From Clostridia bacterium (GTDB lineage: Bacteria > Bacillota > Clostridia > Oscillospirales > CAG-272): a stretch of 64,000 nt of DNA. The position numbers were made by a program, and so were the translations under genes. Position 1 is the stretch's first letter; the number at the start of each line of letters is the position of its first letter. Location of the stretch: assembly GCA_017441005.1 (NCBI GenBank), contig JAFSAM010000082.1:8656-72655 (forward strand). The letters run 5' to 3'. This document shows positions 42,018-50,341 of the stretch, piece after piece. A model generated the notes under the pieces. It was not told the origin of the DNA. It ran no database searches and saw only the letters and a program-made list of their open reading frames with translations.

Positions 42018-42665
42018 TTAATATTTAAGTTCAAAGTTTGTACCGGAAATGCCGCCGCACACTCCGCGTGCAAGCAATCCCTCGTTGTCATTGTGGCAAA
42101 GTATCCATTTGTTCTTTCTGAAAAGAAAAGCATCGTCTACAGTTTTTTCAAGGGGTACGTTTGTTCCTGTCGGCAAGCATACGACACAGCCGAAGCCTTT
42201 TTCGCTTACCTCGCAAGGACAGAAGTGGAGAGAAGTTGCATAAACCTCGATCACGGTACCCTTCGGAACGTAAAAAGCTCTGAACACCGAGGTGTCAAGC
42301 TTTCCGTCCTCTATCTCATAAGTATGGGCAAGAAACAAAACCAAATCGGTAATCGCTATATTAATCTCGCTTGAAGTATGCCATTCAGCCGCATTCAAAA
42401 AATTGGAATGACCGTAGCAGTACCCCGTCTGCATCGGAAGTGTGCCGAAATATTTATCTTCCAATATCTTCTTGATCATAAGGCACTCAAAAGTAGACTC
42501 GCTTGCAACGTATACCGATCCCTCTTTAGGCAACTCGATTTTTTCCGCTGCTTCAATTATCTCTTTTGCATCAACATTATTGATGATTCTTCCGTAACTT
42601 CTAAACTCTTCGTCTGTTACCGAATAGATTTTATAGTCATTTTTGTTATTTAAAACGTTAAGCAT
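42018..42665 (-). CDS. DUF4867-family cupin-like protein
   Basis: GYCYGH, LNAAEWHTSSEIN, EVYATSLHFCPC, NKWILCH. Confidence 0.75.
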   Translation of the reverse strand: MLNVLNNKNDYKIYSVTDEEFRSYGRIINNVDAKEIIEAAEKIELPKEGSVYVASESTFECLMIKKILEDKYFGTLPMQTGYCYGHSNFLNAAEWHTSSEINIAITDLVLFLAHTYEIEDGKLDTSVFRAFYVPKGTVIEVYATSLHFCPCEVSEKGFGCVVCLPTGTNVPLEKTVDDAFLFRKNKWILCHNDNEGLLARGVCGGISGTNFELKY

Positions 42666-42699
42666 TTTCTTACCTCTGTTTTGTCAAAATGCAAAGACG

Positions 42700-42729
42700 G
42701 AGATATGCGTAAAATCTTACGCATATCTC
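42700..42729 (-). terminator. Intra-operon hairpin (partial terminator or mRNA stabiliser)
   Basis: GAGATATGCGTAA/TTACGCATATCTC 13-bp stem; weak U tail. Confidence 0.55.
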
Positions 42730-42742
42730 TATCTTACAAAAA

Positions 42743-43537
42743 TTATCTGTGTGCGATCCAATCGTGCTCGGGATCGTTGCTTCTGTTAAAGCCCTGGTAG
42801 TCGCCTGCCATAAGCCACAGGAAGTAAGTCTTGTATCCGGGAGTGGATACTGTCGTGTGGAAGCCGTAGGGGAATTCTACGAGTTCATCGTTCTTTACTC
42901 TGTAAGCCTCGTCAATGCTACCGTCGGAGGTGTAGAGACACTGAACGCCAAAGCCCTGCTTAGGCTCGAAGAGGAAGTAGTAGATCTCCTCTGCTATGCA
43001 TTCTGTGGGCATATTGTCCTCGTCGTGCTTGTGAGGGGGGAAACCTGCCCAGTTACCTTCTGTGGTATATGCTTCACCGATGGTAAGTATCTTGGCATTG
43101 GAGTTGCCGTCGATGAGAAAACTGGTCTCTCTCTGGAAAGGAACCTCTCCGAGAAGCTTCAAAACAACGTGATCCTCTCTGAGGACCTGGGGCTCTGTCT
43201 TTTCGGTAACGGGGGTTGCGCAGACAGCGATCTTGATCTTGTCGATAGCCTCGATCACGCACTCCTGCTCTCTCGGCATATAAAAGCTTTCTGCCTTACG
43301 GTTTTCGAAAACAGACATTCTGTTTCCGATGTTTTCCCACTTTTCACCGTTGACCTCAACGTTTACGTGACCCTCAAGCATAATAAACGCAGTTTCTTTG
43401 TCCTCGGTATTGTATGTAAGTCTCTCGCCTGGATCAAGCTCGATTATTCCGAATTCAAGCTTCTTGAGCGAGCATTCGCCGATCTTGCAAAGGGGAGTAT
43501 ATCCCTTCGCGGGCACATAAGTCTTCTTAAAGTTCAT
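42743..43537 (-). CDS. IolB/KduI-family isomerase (5-deoxy-glucuronate isomerase-like)
   Basis: GNWAGFPPHKHD, EEIYYF, PYGFH, YFLWLMAG. Confidence 0.85.
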   Translation of the reverse strand: MNFKKTYVPAKGYTPLCKIGECSLKKLEFGIIELDPGERLTYNTEDKETAFIMLEGHVNVEVNGEKWENIGNRMSVFENRKAESFYMPREQECVIEAIDKIKIAVCATPVTEKTEPQVLREDHVVLKLLGEVPFQRETSFLIDGNSNAKILTIGEAYTTEGNWAGFPPHKHDEDNMPTECIAEEIYYFLFEPKQGFGVQCLYTSDGSIDEAYRVKNDELVEFPYGFHTTVSTPGYKTYFLWLMAGDYQGFNRSNDPEHDWIAHR

Positions 43538-44438
43538 AGCCGTTCTCCTTCAGATATTTTTTTACTGTTTCAAAGTCGGGTACGCTTTCTCTCGCGCCTA
43601 TTCCGGTACATTTAAGTCCCGATACGGCGCTTGAAAAATGACAGCACTTTGTGTAGTCGTATCCGTTTGTTACCGCAAACGCAAACGCACCGTGGAACAC
43701 GTCTCCCGCGCCGTTTGAGTCAACGACCTCTGCGGGATAAATGGGATACGTCGTGAGCTTTTCGCCGTCATACATCACTCCGCCGTTTTTGCCGCAGGTG
43801 ATGACAACGATCTCGGGATTGTATTTGTCATACAACACCTTTGCCGCCTCCTCGGGCGTCTTGCATCCCGTCGCTCCGAGCGAATACTCCTTCGAGGGGA
43901 TCAGTATGTCTACATAAGGCAAAAGTCTTTCGTATCCGGGATAAAGACCGCCTGCATCGTAAAGCACCTTTACACCGTTTTCGCGTGCAAGCTTTGCACC
44001 CTCGATAGCCGCCTCAAGCTCGTTTCCGTCAACCATAAGGAGCTTCGCGTTCTTTATGGCATCCTTCTGTTTCTCGTTAAGCTTGAGAGGGGGCAAATTA
44101 CCTCTGTCGAAAACACAGGTACGGCTTGTTGTTTCGGCACTCAGCCAGATAACCGAAGTGAAGGAGCGATAACCGCTTTCCGTGGTAACAAGCTCATTTG
44201 TCATACCGTATTTTTCGAAATCTGCCTTCAGAAATGCACCGCCGTTATCGTCGGACAATACACCGATGTATCCGCATTTCTGACCTAACTTCGATGCCGC
44301 AACAAGCCCTGTCGCAACGGGACCGCCACCCGCAAGTCGGGTGCTGTCGGCACGAAGCTTTGTATCCTCTTCGGGGTAGCGGGGGACACTCACAAGAGTG
44401 TCCATTACACATGCCCCGATACCTACTATATTAATCAT
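43527..44438 (-). CDS. PfkB-family kinase, YihV/ketohexokinase-like
   Basis: GACVMD, GGGPVATGLVAASKLG, VVDSNGAGDVFHGAF. Confidence 0.88.
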   Translation of the reverse strand: MINIVGIGACVMDTLVSVPRYPEEDTKLRADSTRLAGGGPVATGLVAASKLGQKCGYIGVLSDDNGGAFLKADFEKYGMTNELVTTESGYRSFTSVIWLSAETTSRTCVFDRGNLPPLKLNEKQKDAIKNAKLLMVDGNELEAAIEGAKLARENGVKVLYDAGGLYPGYERLLPYVDILIPSKEYSLGATGCKTPEEAAKVLYDKYNPEIVVITCGKNGGVMYDGEKLTTYPIYPAEVVDSNGAGDVFHGAFAFAVTNGYDYTKCCHFSSAVSGLKCTGIGARESVPDFETVKKYLKENGYEL

Positions 44439-44440
44439 AA

Positions 44441-45283
44441 TTATTCAGCCTTTCCGTCTGCACCGACAAGCTTGATTCTGGAAATGCAGAATTCCTTAAC
44501 TGCTTCGATAGGTCTCTTCATAAACGTATCGACCGCAACCGCTCTGTCGGGTTTTACAGCATCCTCGGCAAGACAATCGATGAAGGCATAGCAGAGGTCG
44601 GTCGCAAAGTTCATCTTTCTGATACCCGCCTTGACTGCCTTCTTGATCTCCTCATCGGGAACGCCCGAGCCGCCGTGGAGCACGAGGGCTGTATTGTTCG
44701 TTGCTTCTCTGATCTCCTTGATCCTCTCGATGTCAAGCTTGGGAGGCTTCTTGTATCTGCCGTGCGCTGTACCTACCGCTACGGCAAGACAGACAACGCC
44801 CGTCTCTTCAACGAAACGCTTTGCATCTGAAGCAGTCGTAAACTCGTCCATGGAATCGTCAGCCGTCGTTCCGACGTGACCGAGCTCGCCCTCTACCTGA
44901 ACGTCAACGTGCTTACAGAAGTCAACGATCTTCTTGGTAAGAGCAATGTTTTCCTCAAAAGGAAGGGTCGAGCCGTCAAGCATAACGCCTGTTGCACCGT
45001 ATCTGATCGAACGTGTCGCCTCAAGCTCGGAGGGACCGTGGTCAAGGTTGAAGCATACGGGAACTGTAGCTCTCTTTGCCGCCGCAAGAATAACGGGAGA
45101 TAAGAAATATCCAGTTTCCTCCTTCATAAGGCGGGGGTATACCTGGAGAATTACTGGGGCTCTCATTTCCTCGGCTGCATGGAGTGCACCGATAACGTTT
45201 TCCATATTGTAAACGTTGAATGCGGGAATGCAATAACCGCCCTTTTCCGCCATATCAAGTATTTCTTTAAGATTAACTAACAT
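44441..45283 (-). CDS. Class II fructose/tagatose-bisphosphate aldolase family
   Basis: PAFNVYN, LDHG, EGELG, GTAHG, LVLHGGSG. Confidence 0.9.
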   Translation of the reverse strand: MLVNLKEILDMAEKGGYCIPAFNVYNMENVIGALHAAEEMRAPVILQVYPRLMKEETGYFLSPVILAAAKRATVPVCFNLDHGPSELEATRSIRYGATGVMLDGSTLPFEENIALTKKIVDFCKHVDVQVEGELGHVGTTADDSMDEFTTASDAKRFVEETGVVCLAVAVGTAHGRYKKPPKLDIERIKEIREATNNTALVLHGGSGVPDEEIKKAVKAGIRKMNFATDLCYAFIDCLAEDAVKPDRAVAVDTFMKRPIEAVKEFCISRIKLVGADGKAE

Positions 45284-45300
45284 TTTTTGTTCTCCCTTTC

Positions 45301-46386
45301 TTATGCAAGGATAAGATCCTCGATCGAAAGAACCTCAACCTCGTTCTGCTCAATGCTCTTGAGGGATACGTATTCGGAAACGCAAGCGGTTACGATAGTG
45401 TTCTGTCCGATGGAGGTCACGTTGTAAAGACGGCGCTCTGCAACCTTCTTCATAACGTCGGGAATGTACTGAGCCATAAGAATGTTACCTGCCCATACGG
45501 TCTCCTTGCGGTTGAGAAGCATTTCGGTAAGGTCTGCATAAGACATTACGACACGTCTTGCCTCTTCTGTCTCTTCAAGGTCACGTGCAAGCTGGAAGGG
45601 ATCCTGGAATACAACGGTCTTGCCCTTGTTTTCTGCTATAAGCTTGCCCGTTGCCAAAAGCTGATCGAGGAATGCTGTATATGTAACTACCTTTGCCTTG
45701 ACCTCAACGCCGTTTTCGCCGTATACTCTCTTGATTGCCTTTGCATCGAAGGGATCGTATACAACTACTGTTTCAAAGCCGTTCATTACCTCTGCCATCT
45801 CAGCCATCTGAGCCTTTGTTTCGTTTGCCGCACCGATGAGGAAGTCGAGCTGTGCGCCCGTTGCCTTTTCATCGAGGGCTACGGTAAATTCAACGTTTGC
45901 CTTTTCAAGCACCTTGATCGCCTTTACTGCCTGGCAGGGTGCCATATATCTTGCATCCGCACCGAGCACGAGAAGTGTATCGGTCTTTGCGGAATGCTCC
46001 TTGATCTTTGCTGTAAGCTCTTCTATAAGCTCTGTCTTGCCGTATGCGTTGCCGCTTTCAAGGCAGTTCATAACGAGCTTCTGAATGTACTCGGGAAGCT
46101 CTCCCTCGAGTGCCGCCTGGAGTCTTACCTCCTTTGTGAACATAACGGGATCCCAGCCTGTTACGCAAACGCTTACACAGCCGCCGCAGCCCGCACATTC
46201 GTATACGTTGTCGATAACCTCACTGAGCTTGATAGCACCTCTGTTTACAAGTGAAAGACCAAGTGCTCTTGCTCTTGCTGTATTTCTTTCAAGACCTGTT
46301 GCATTGCCGATAGGGCAGATGTGATGGCACATCCAGCAGAAACGGCAGGAATCTATATGCTGTTTACTTTTTTCGGATATAATCAT
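45301..46386 (-). CDS. GlcF/GlpC-like 2x[4Fe-4S] protein with degenerate CCG domains
   Basis: CRFCWMCHHICP and CAGCGGCVSVC; FQDPFQLAR where YHDPC is typical. Confidence 0.8.
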   Translation of the reverse strand: MIISEKSKQHIDSCRFCWMCHHICPIGNATGLERNTARARALGLSLVNRGAIKLSEVIDNVYECAGCGGCVSVCVTGWDPVMFTKEVRLQAALEGELPEYIQKLVMNCLESGNAYGKTELIEELTAKIKEHSAKTDTLLVLGADARYMAPCQAVKAIKVLEKANVEFTVALDEKATGAQLDFLIGAANETKAQMAEMAEVMNGFETVVVYDPFDAKAIKRVYGENGVEVKAKVVTYTAFLDQLLATGKLIAENKGKTVVFQDPFQLARDLEETEEARRVVMSYADLTEMLLNRKETVWAGNILMAQYIPDVMKKVAERRLYNVTSIGQNTIVTACVSEYVSLKSIEQNEVEVLSIEDLILA

Positions 46387-46419
46387 TATTCTTTCCTCCT
46401 ATTATCTTTGTTCGGCAAA

Positions 46420-47850
46420 TTAAAGACCCAATTTAAAGGGGTTCATAATGCCATTGGGGTCAAGGCTCTTCTTGAGGCCTTCAAACACCTGCATTGCAGG
46501 TCCGTACTGCTCTTTCATAAGTCTGCCGAGCTTGATGCCTACACCGTGGTGGTCGTTTACAACGCCGCCGTGTGCAAGTGCGGTTCTGACACCGCAGGTC
46601 CAGATCGCCTGGTGAAGTCTCAATGCTTCAACGGGATCCTGAGGAACGTCTTTGCCGTCTACAATGAATCTGTCGTAGATCATTGAGCCCCATTCATACC
46701 AGTGGCTGAAGTGAGCGATAAACTTTGCCTGAGGGAAGTTTGTCTCAATAGCTTCCTTCATTGCCCAGTAGATCTCTTCGATCTTGCCGTAAGGAGCGAT
46801 CGTATCCATTGTACCGAACATCTGAGGAATATCCATCATGTGACCGGGATAGAAGAACGTGATCTTCTCTTCCCACCACTTTTCGCCGTATTCACTGCCA
46901 AGGTCCTCAGCACCGTACTTTGCAAAGGTCTCGAGAAGGATCTTTTCTTCAACCTCTACCATTTCCTTAACACCCTCGTAAGCGATGTTCATGAATGCGC
47001 CCTTGCGCTCAACACCGACGATCTTCTTGATGAGAGATGCCGTTTCTGCCTCGTCATAAAGACGCATAACGGAGGGCTTGAACTTCTGGAGAAGCTCCTT
47101 GGACGCCTTGAATGCACCCGACATATCCTGGAACAGGAAGCCGCGGAATCTTCTTTCCTCGGGCTGATCGTAAATACGCATCTGTGCCTTTGTGATGATA
47201 CCGAGTGTACCCTCGGAGCCGATAAAGATCTGGTTTAAGTCGGGACCTGCCGCATGCTTGGGGGCACTTGCAGTATTGATAATATCACCGTTCGGAAGTA
47301 CAACCTCCATCTGGAGTACCATATCGTCGATCTTGCCGTACTTTGTGGAGCATACGCCGATGCCTCTGTGTGCAAGGAAGCCGCCTACAGTAGAGCAGGT
47401 GAGCGAAGAGGGATAGTGCATAGTTGCCTTGCCTACCTCGTTTGCCGCCCATTCGATGTGCTTGTAAATAGCACCCGTGCCGCACTCGATGTACATTGCG
47501 TCTGTATTTACTTCGTAGATCTTGTTCATTCTCTTTGTGTCAAGCAAGATGCCGCCGCAGACGGGAAGCGCACCGCCCTGTGTGCCGCCGCCGGCACCCC
47601 AAGGTGTTACGGGGAGCTTATAGTAGTTTGCGATCTTCATGACCTTGGATGTCTCCTGTGCATCCTTAGGTGCTACGATGAAATCAGCCTCGGGCATTCT
47701 CTCGCCTCTGTCTGCCCACATTCTGGACAGCCAGTAATAGTCAACGCTGTGTGTAAGCTTGTCGATCTCTCTGATAGAGCAATTTTCGCGACCTACCGCA
47801 TCCTCAAGCTCGGTAAGTATCATTGCATCCAAAAATTTGTTTCTCTGCAT
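46420..47850 (-). CDS. FAD-binding oxidoreductase, VAO/PCMH family, alkyl-DHAP-synthase/YgcU-like
   Basis: HYPSS..STVGG, STKYGKIDDMV, AAGPDL, GSEGTLGIIT, DHHGVG, LDPNGIMNP. Confidence 0.88.
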   Translation of the reverse strand: MQRNKFLDAMILTELEDAVGRENCSIREIDKLTHSVDYYWLSRMWADRGERMPEADFIVAPKDAQETSKVMKIANYYKLPVTPWGAGGGTQGGALPVCGGILLDTKRMNKIYEVNTDAMYIECGTGAIYKHIEWAANEVGKATMHYPSSLTCSTVGGFLAHRGIGVCSTKYGKIDDMVLQMEVVLPNGDIINTASAPKHAAGPDLNQIFIGSEGTLGIITKAQMRIYDQPEERRFRGFLFQDMSGAFKASKELLQKFKPSVMRLYDEAETASLIKKIVGVERKGAFMNIAYEGVKEMVEVEEKILLETFAKYGAEDLGSEYGEKWWEEKITFFYPGHMMDIPQMFGTMDTIAPYGKIEEIYWAMKEAIETNFPQAKFIAHFSHWYEWGSMIYDRFIVDGKDVPQDPVEALRLHQAIWTCGVRTALAHGGVVNDHHGVGIKLGRLMKEQYGPAMQVFEGLKKSLDPNGIMNPFKLGL

Positions 47851-47876
47851 AATTCTTTTCTCCTGTTTATATGTAA

Positions 47877-49286
47877 TTATTTATTTTTTACGGATCTGTC
47901 TACTGTCAGATTGGGTACGAACTTACAGAAGGTTTCGATCTCCTTTGTGTAGTCGCCCTCGATCTCTACAAAGTGGTGAATATAGGGTCCTTCAAGGAGT
48001 CTGTCCTCCCAAGCCTGAAGGTTATCGAACTCGCCCCAGATATAAGTGCCGTGTGTCTGCGGTCCCTTTGCGGTGTTTATTGCACCCGCAAGGATCATAT
48101 AGTTACCGTCATCCTGGTCGAGTCTTGCAACTGTGTACTGACCGTCCTTCGCTCTGAACCATTCTCTTTGGTTTACGAGGCGGGCTGTGCTGTCGGGAGC
48201 TTTGACAGACAGCGGGAAGGGTCCGCAATGCCAGAGGAGCTCGGCATTCTTGTTTTCGGGATGACGCACCGTGAATTCTCCGAGGAAGGGCTTGCCCTCT
48301 CCGAGAGATGCGGCTCTGAGCATGACCATCGTCATTGCGCAGTGCATATCGCTTTCACAGCTGATGGTGTATCCGAGATCGTTGAGCACACCGTATACGG
48401 CACAGGGAGCAAGGCCGTCGAACAGCTGAGGTGTCGCCGTCCAGCACTCTGCCGAAATAACGTCGAGCTTGAATTCCTCGAAAATGCCTATATATGTAAC
48501 TACCAGACAAGCCATTCTCTCAAGATATGCGGGAGTCAGGTCGTCCATCTGATAATTGTCTTTGAAATACTGAATATACTTTGCGATCTCTTCCTTCTTG
48601 CTCTCCATTGCCGCATTGAAGCGATCCTGAAGTATTGCAAGGTTAATGGGGATGATACGGAGTCCGAACTTGGACATAAGCTCGCCCTCGTTCCATATTA
48701 CCGAATAGAAGGGTGCGGGACGGATACCGACCTGACCGATCCTCAGTCCGTCGAAATTCTTAAGCATACAAGCAACTCTCACAAGGCTTGTAAAGCTTTC
48801 GGCAAACGTATCCTCCTCTACTCTGCAGCAGGGGATGTGCGCAAAAGGAATATGGTATCTCTGGAGCTGACGGGAGAGTCCGAAAAGTCCGCACTGTGAG
48901 TCGGTGGGTCTCATTCCGTCTACGTAATATTCGTCATCGAGGGGTGCCCAGATGAATAAAGGCTTTCCGACCTTTCTTGCAAGGTCTGCGGCTGCCTCCT
49001 CGTTACCGAAGTTTGCGTTTATTATAAGTACGGCATCAACGCCTGCCTCGGTAAAACGCTTTGCTGCGGCATCTACCGAATCGTCATCAAAAATAAGATC
49101 GTTGCAGCCGAGTCCCTTTGTATCAACAAAGGTCACTTTATCGGTGGTGAAGTTCTTTTCGATATACTCTACGTTCTTCTTACCTCTTTCCTCGGCGGAG
49201 ACCCAGGTCAAAAAGGTCTTTGCAGGACGCGGAGTGGTATTTCTTCTCATGGGACAAAGTCCGATCTTTACATTGTAATTCAGCAT
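47877..49286 (-). CDS. L-fucose/L-arabinose isomerase-like protein
   Basis: NFGNE, DSQCG, ECW, CESD, HCGPFP, GPYIHH; start MLNYNV with AGGAGG. Confidence 0.82.
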   Translation of the reverse strand: MLNYNVKIGLCPMRRNTTPRPAKTFLTWVSAEERGKKNVEYIEKNFTTDKVTFVDTKGLGCNDLIFDDDSVDAAAKRFTEAGVDAVLIINANFGNEEAAADLARKVGKPLFIWAPLDDEYYVDGMRPTDSQCGLFGLSRQLQRYHIPFAHIPCCRVEEDTFAESFTSLVRVACMLKNFDGLRIGQVGIRPAPFYSVIWNEGELMSKFGLRIIPINLAILQDRFNAAMESKKEEIAKYIQYFKDNYQMDDLTPAYLERMACLVVTYIGIFEEFKLDVISAECWTATPQLFDGLAPCAVYGVLNDLGYTISCESDMHCAMTMVMLRAASLGEGKPFLGEFTVRHPENKNAELLWHCGPFPLSVKAPDSTARLVNQREWFRAKDGQYTVARLDQDDGNYMILAGAINTAKGPQTHGTYIWGEFDNLQAWEDRLLEGPYIHHFVEIEGDYTKEIETFCKFVPNLTVDRSVKNK

Positions 49287-49297
49287 ATATATCCTCC

Positions 49298-49312
49298 TGA
49301 AAAATATTTTCA
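49298..49312. promoter_or_regulatory. Candidate RpiR operator 1
   Basis: Palindrome TGAAAAATATTTTCA between minus-strand promoter (TTGACA 49348-53, TACAAT 49324-29) and RBS. Confidence 0.65.
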
Positions 49313-49380
49313 TTCCAAATTATATTGTACTACTTTTTTGTGATATGTGTCAACATTTTTCAGAACTTTTTTTCGTTTAA

Positions 49381-49426
49381 TTGACTTTTTTTCGTATCTA
49401 TGATAGAATAGTGAAAATAATTTCCA
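49381..49426 (+). promoter_or_regulatory. rpiR sigmaA promoter with candidate operator 2
   Basis: TTGACT-N17-TAGAAT, then TGAAAATAATTTCCA at 49412-49426. Confidence 0.6.
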
Positions 49427-49440
49427 AAGCGAGGTCCGAA

Positions 49441-50280
49441 ATGGAATCTGTGATGCATAAAATCAGATCTGCCTACGACGAAATGGGGCGGAGCGAAAAA
49501 AGAATTGCCGACTATATGATAAAAAATCCGCAAAAGCTCATCGGTCTTTCCATAAGTGAGCTTGCGCAAAGCTGCGGAAGCGGTGACGCTACGGTAGTAA
49601 GATTTGCCAGAAGACTCGGTTTTTCGGGATATCAGGAGCTGAAGCTTCGCCTGGCATCCGAATTCAACTCCACATCAGCTCTCGACAACACCATCGAAAA
49701 GACAGACTCCTGCTACGATATATTTATAAAAAGGATAAACGACATTTCGGTCTCGCTCAAAAATACCGAGTCCGTGCTCGACACCGAGCAGCTCGATATG
49801 GCGGCAAAAAAAATCATGCAGGCAGGAAGGATAGTCATCTTTGGGCTGGGTAACTCGGCGGCGGTGGCTATGGATGCCTCGCACAAGTTTCTCAGGATCG
49901 GGCTTAACGCACAGGCGATCTGCGACAATCACATGCAATCGATAGTCGCCTCCCACCTCGATGAAAATACGGTTGTAATCGGCGTTTCGCACTCGGGCAG
50001 CTCAAAAGATATCGTCGAAGCAATGCAACTTGCAAAAACAAAAAATGCCACCACAATATGCGTTACAAACTACGGTAACTCGCCCATTCTCGCGGTTTCC
50101 GACATACGTCTTTTTACCCAGGCGGAAGAAACGAAGAGGTCTATTCTCGCAATGAGTTCACGAATCGCCCAGCTTGCAATTTTCGACGCTATCTATTCAT
50201 ACATTGTAATAAATCAAGACAAGCAATCGCTCAGCGCGATCTACAACACGGAAACGGCACTCAAAAACAAGAAATACTGA
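49441..50280 (+). CDS. RpiR/MurR-family regulator (HTH plus SIS)
   Basis: SEKRIADY, ATVVRFARRLGFSGYQELK, FGLGNS, SHSGSS. Confidence 0.92.
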   Translation: MESVMHKIRSAYDEMGRSEKRIADYMIKNPQKLIGLSISELAQSCGSGDATVVRFARRLGFSGYQELKLRLASEFNSTSALDNTIEKTDSCYDIFIKRINDISVSLKNTESVLDTEQLDMAAKKIMQAGRIVIFGLGNSAAVAMDASHKFLRIGLNAQAICDNHMQSIVASHLDENTVVIGVSHSGSSKDIVEAMQLAKTKNATTICVTNYGNSPILAVSDIRLFTQAEETKRSILAMSSRIAQLAIFDAIYSYIVINQDKQSLSAIYNTETALKNKKY

Positions 50281-50287
50281 TAACAAC

Positions 50288-50324
50288 AAAAATGGCGGAC
50301 ACCGAGAAAGTGTCCGCCGTTTTT
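50288..50324. terminator. Bidirectional terminator
   Basis: AAAATGGCGGACAC...GTGTCCGCCGTTTTT. Confidence 0.8.
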
Positions 50325-50341
50325 GTTGTTTTTAATCAATT

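Noticed and set aside
42743-45283. Canonical myo-inositol operon
   Set aside because: iolG, iolE, iolD and iolA are absent and the kinase looks YihV-like rather than IolC-like
43527-45283. Sulfoglycolysis (sulfo-EMP) cluster
   Set aside because: No GH31 sulfoquinovosidase, YihS-type isomerase or sulfolactaldehyde reductase/dehydrogenase; only the kinase resembles YihV
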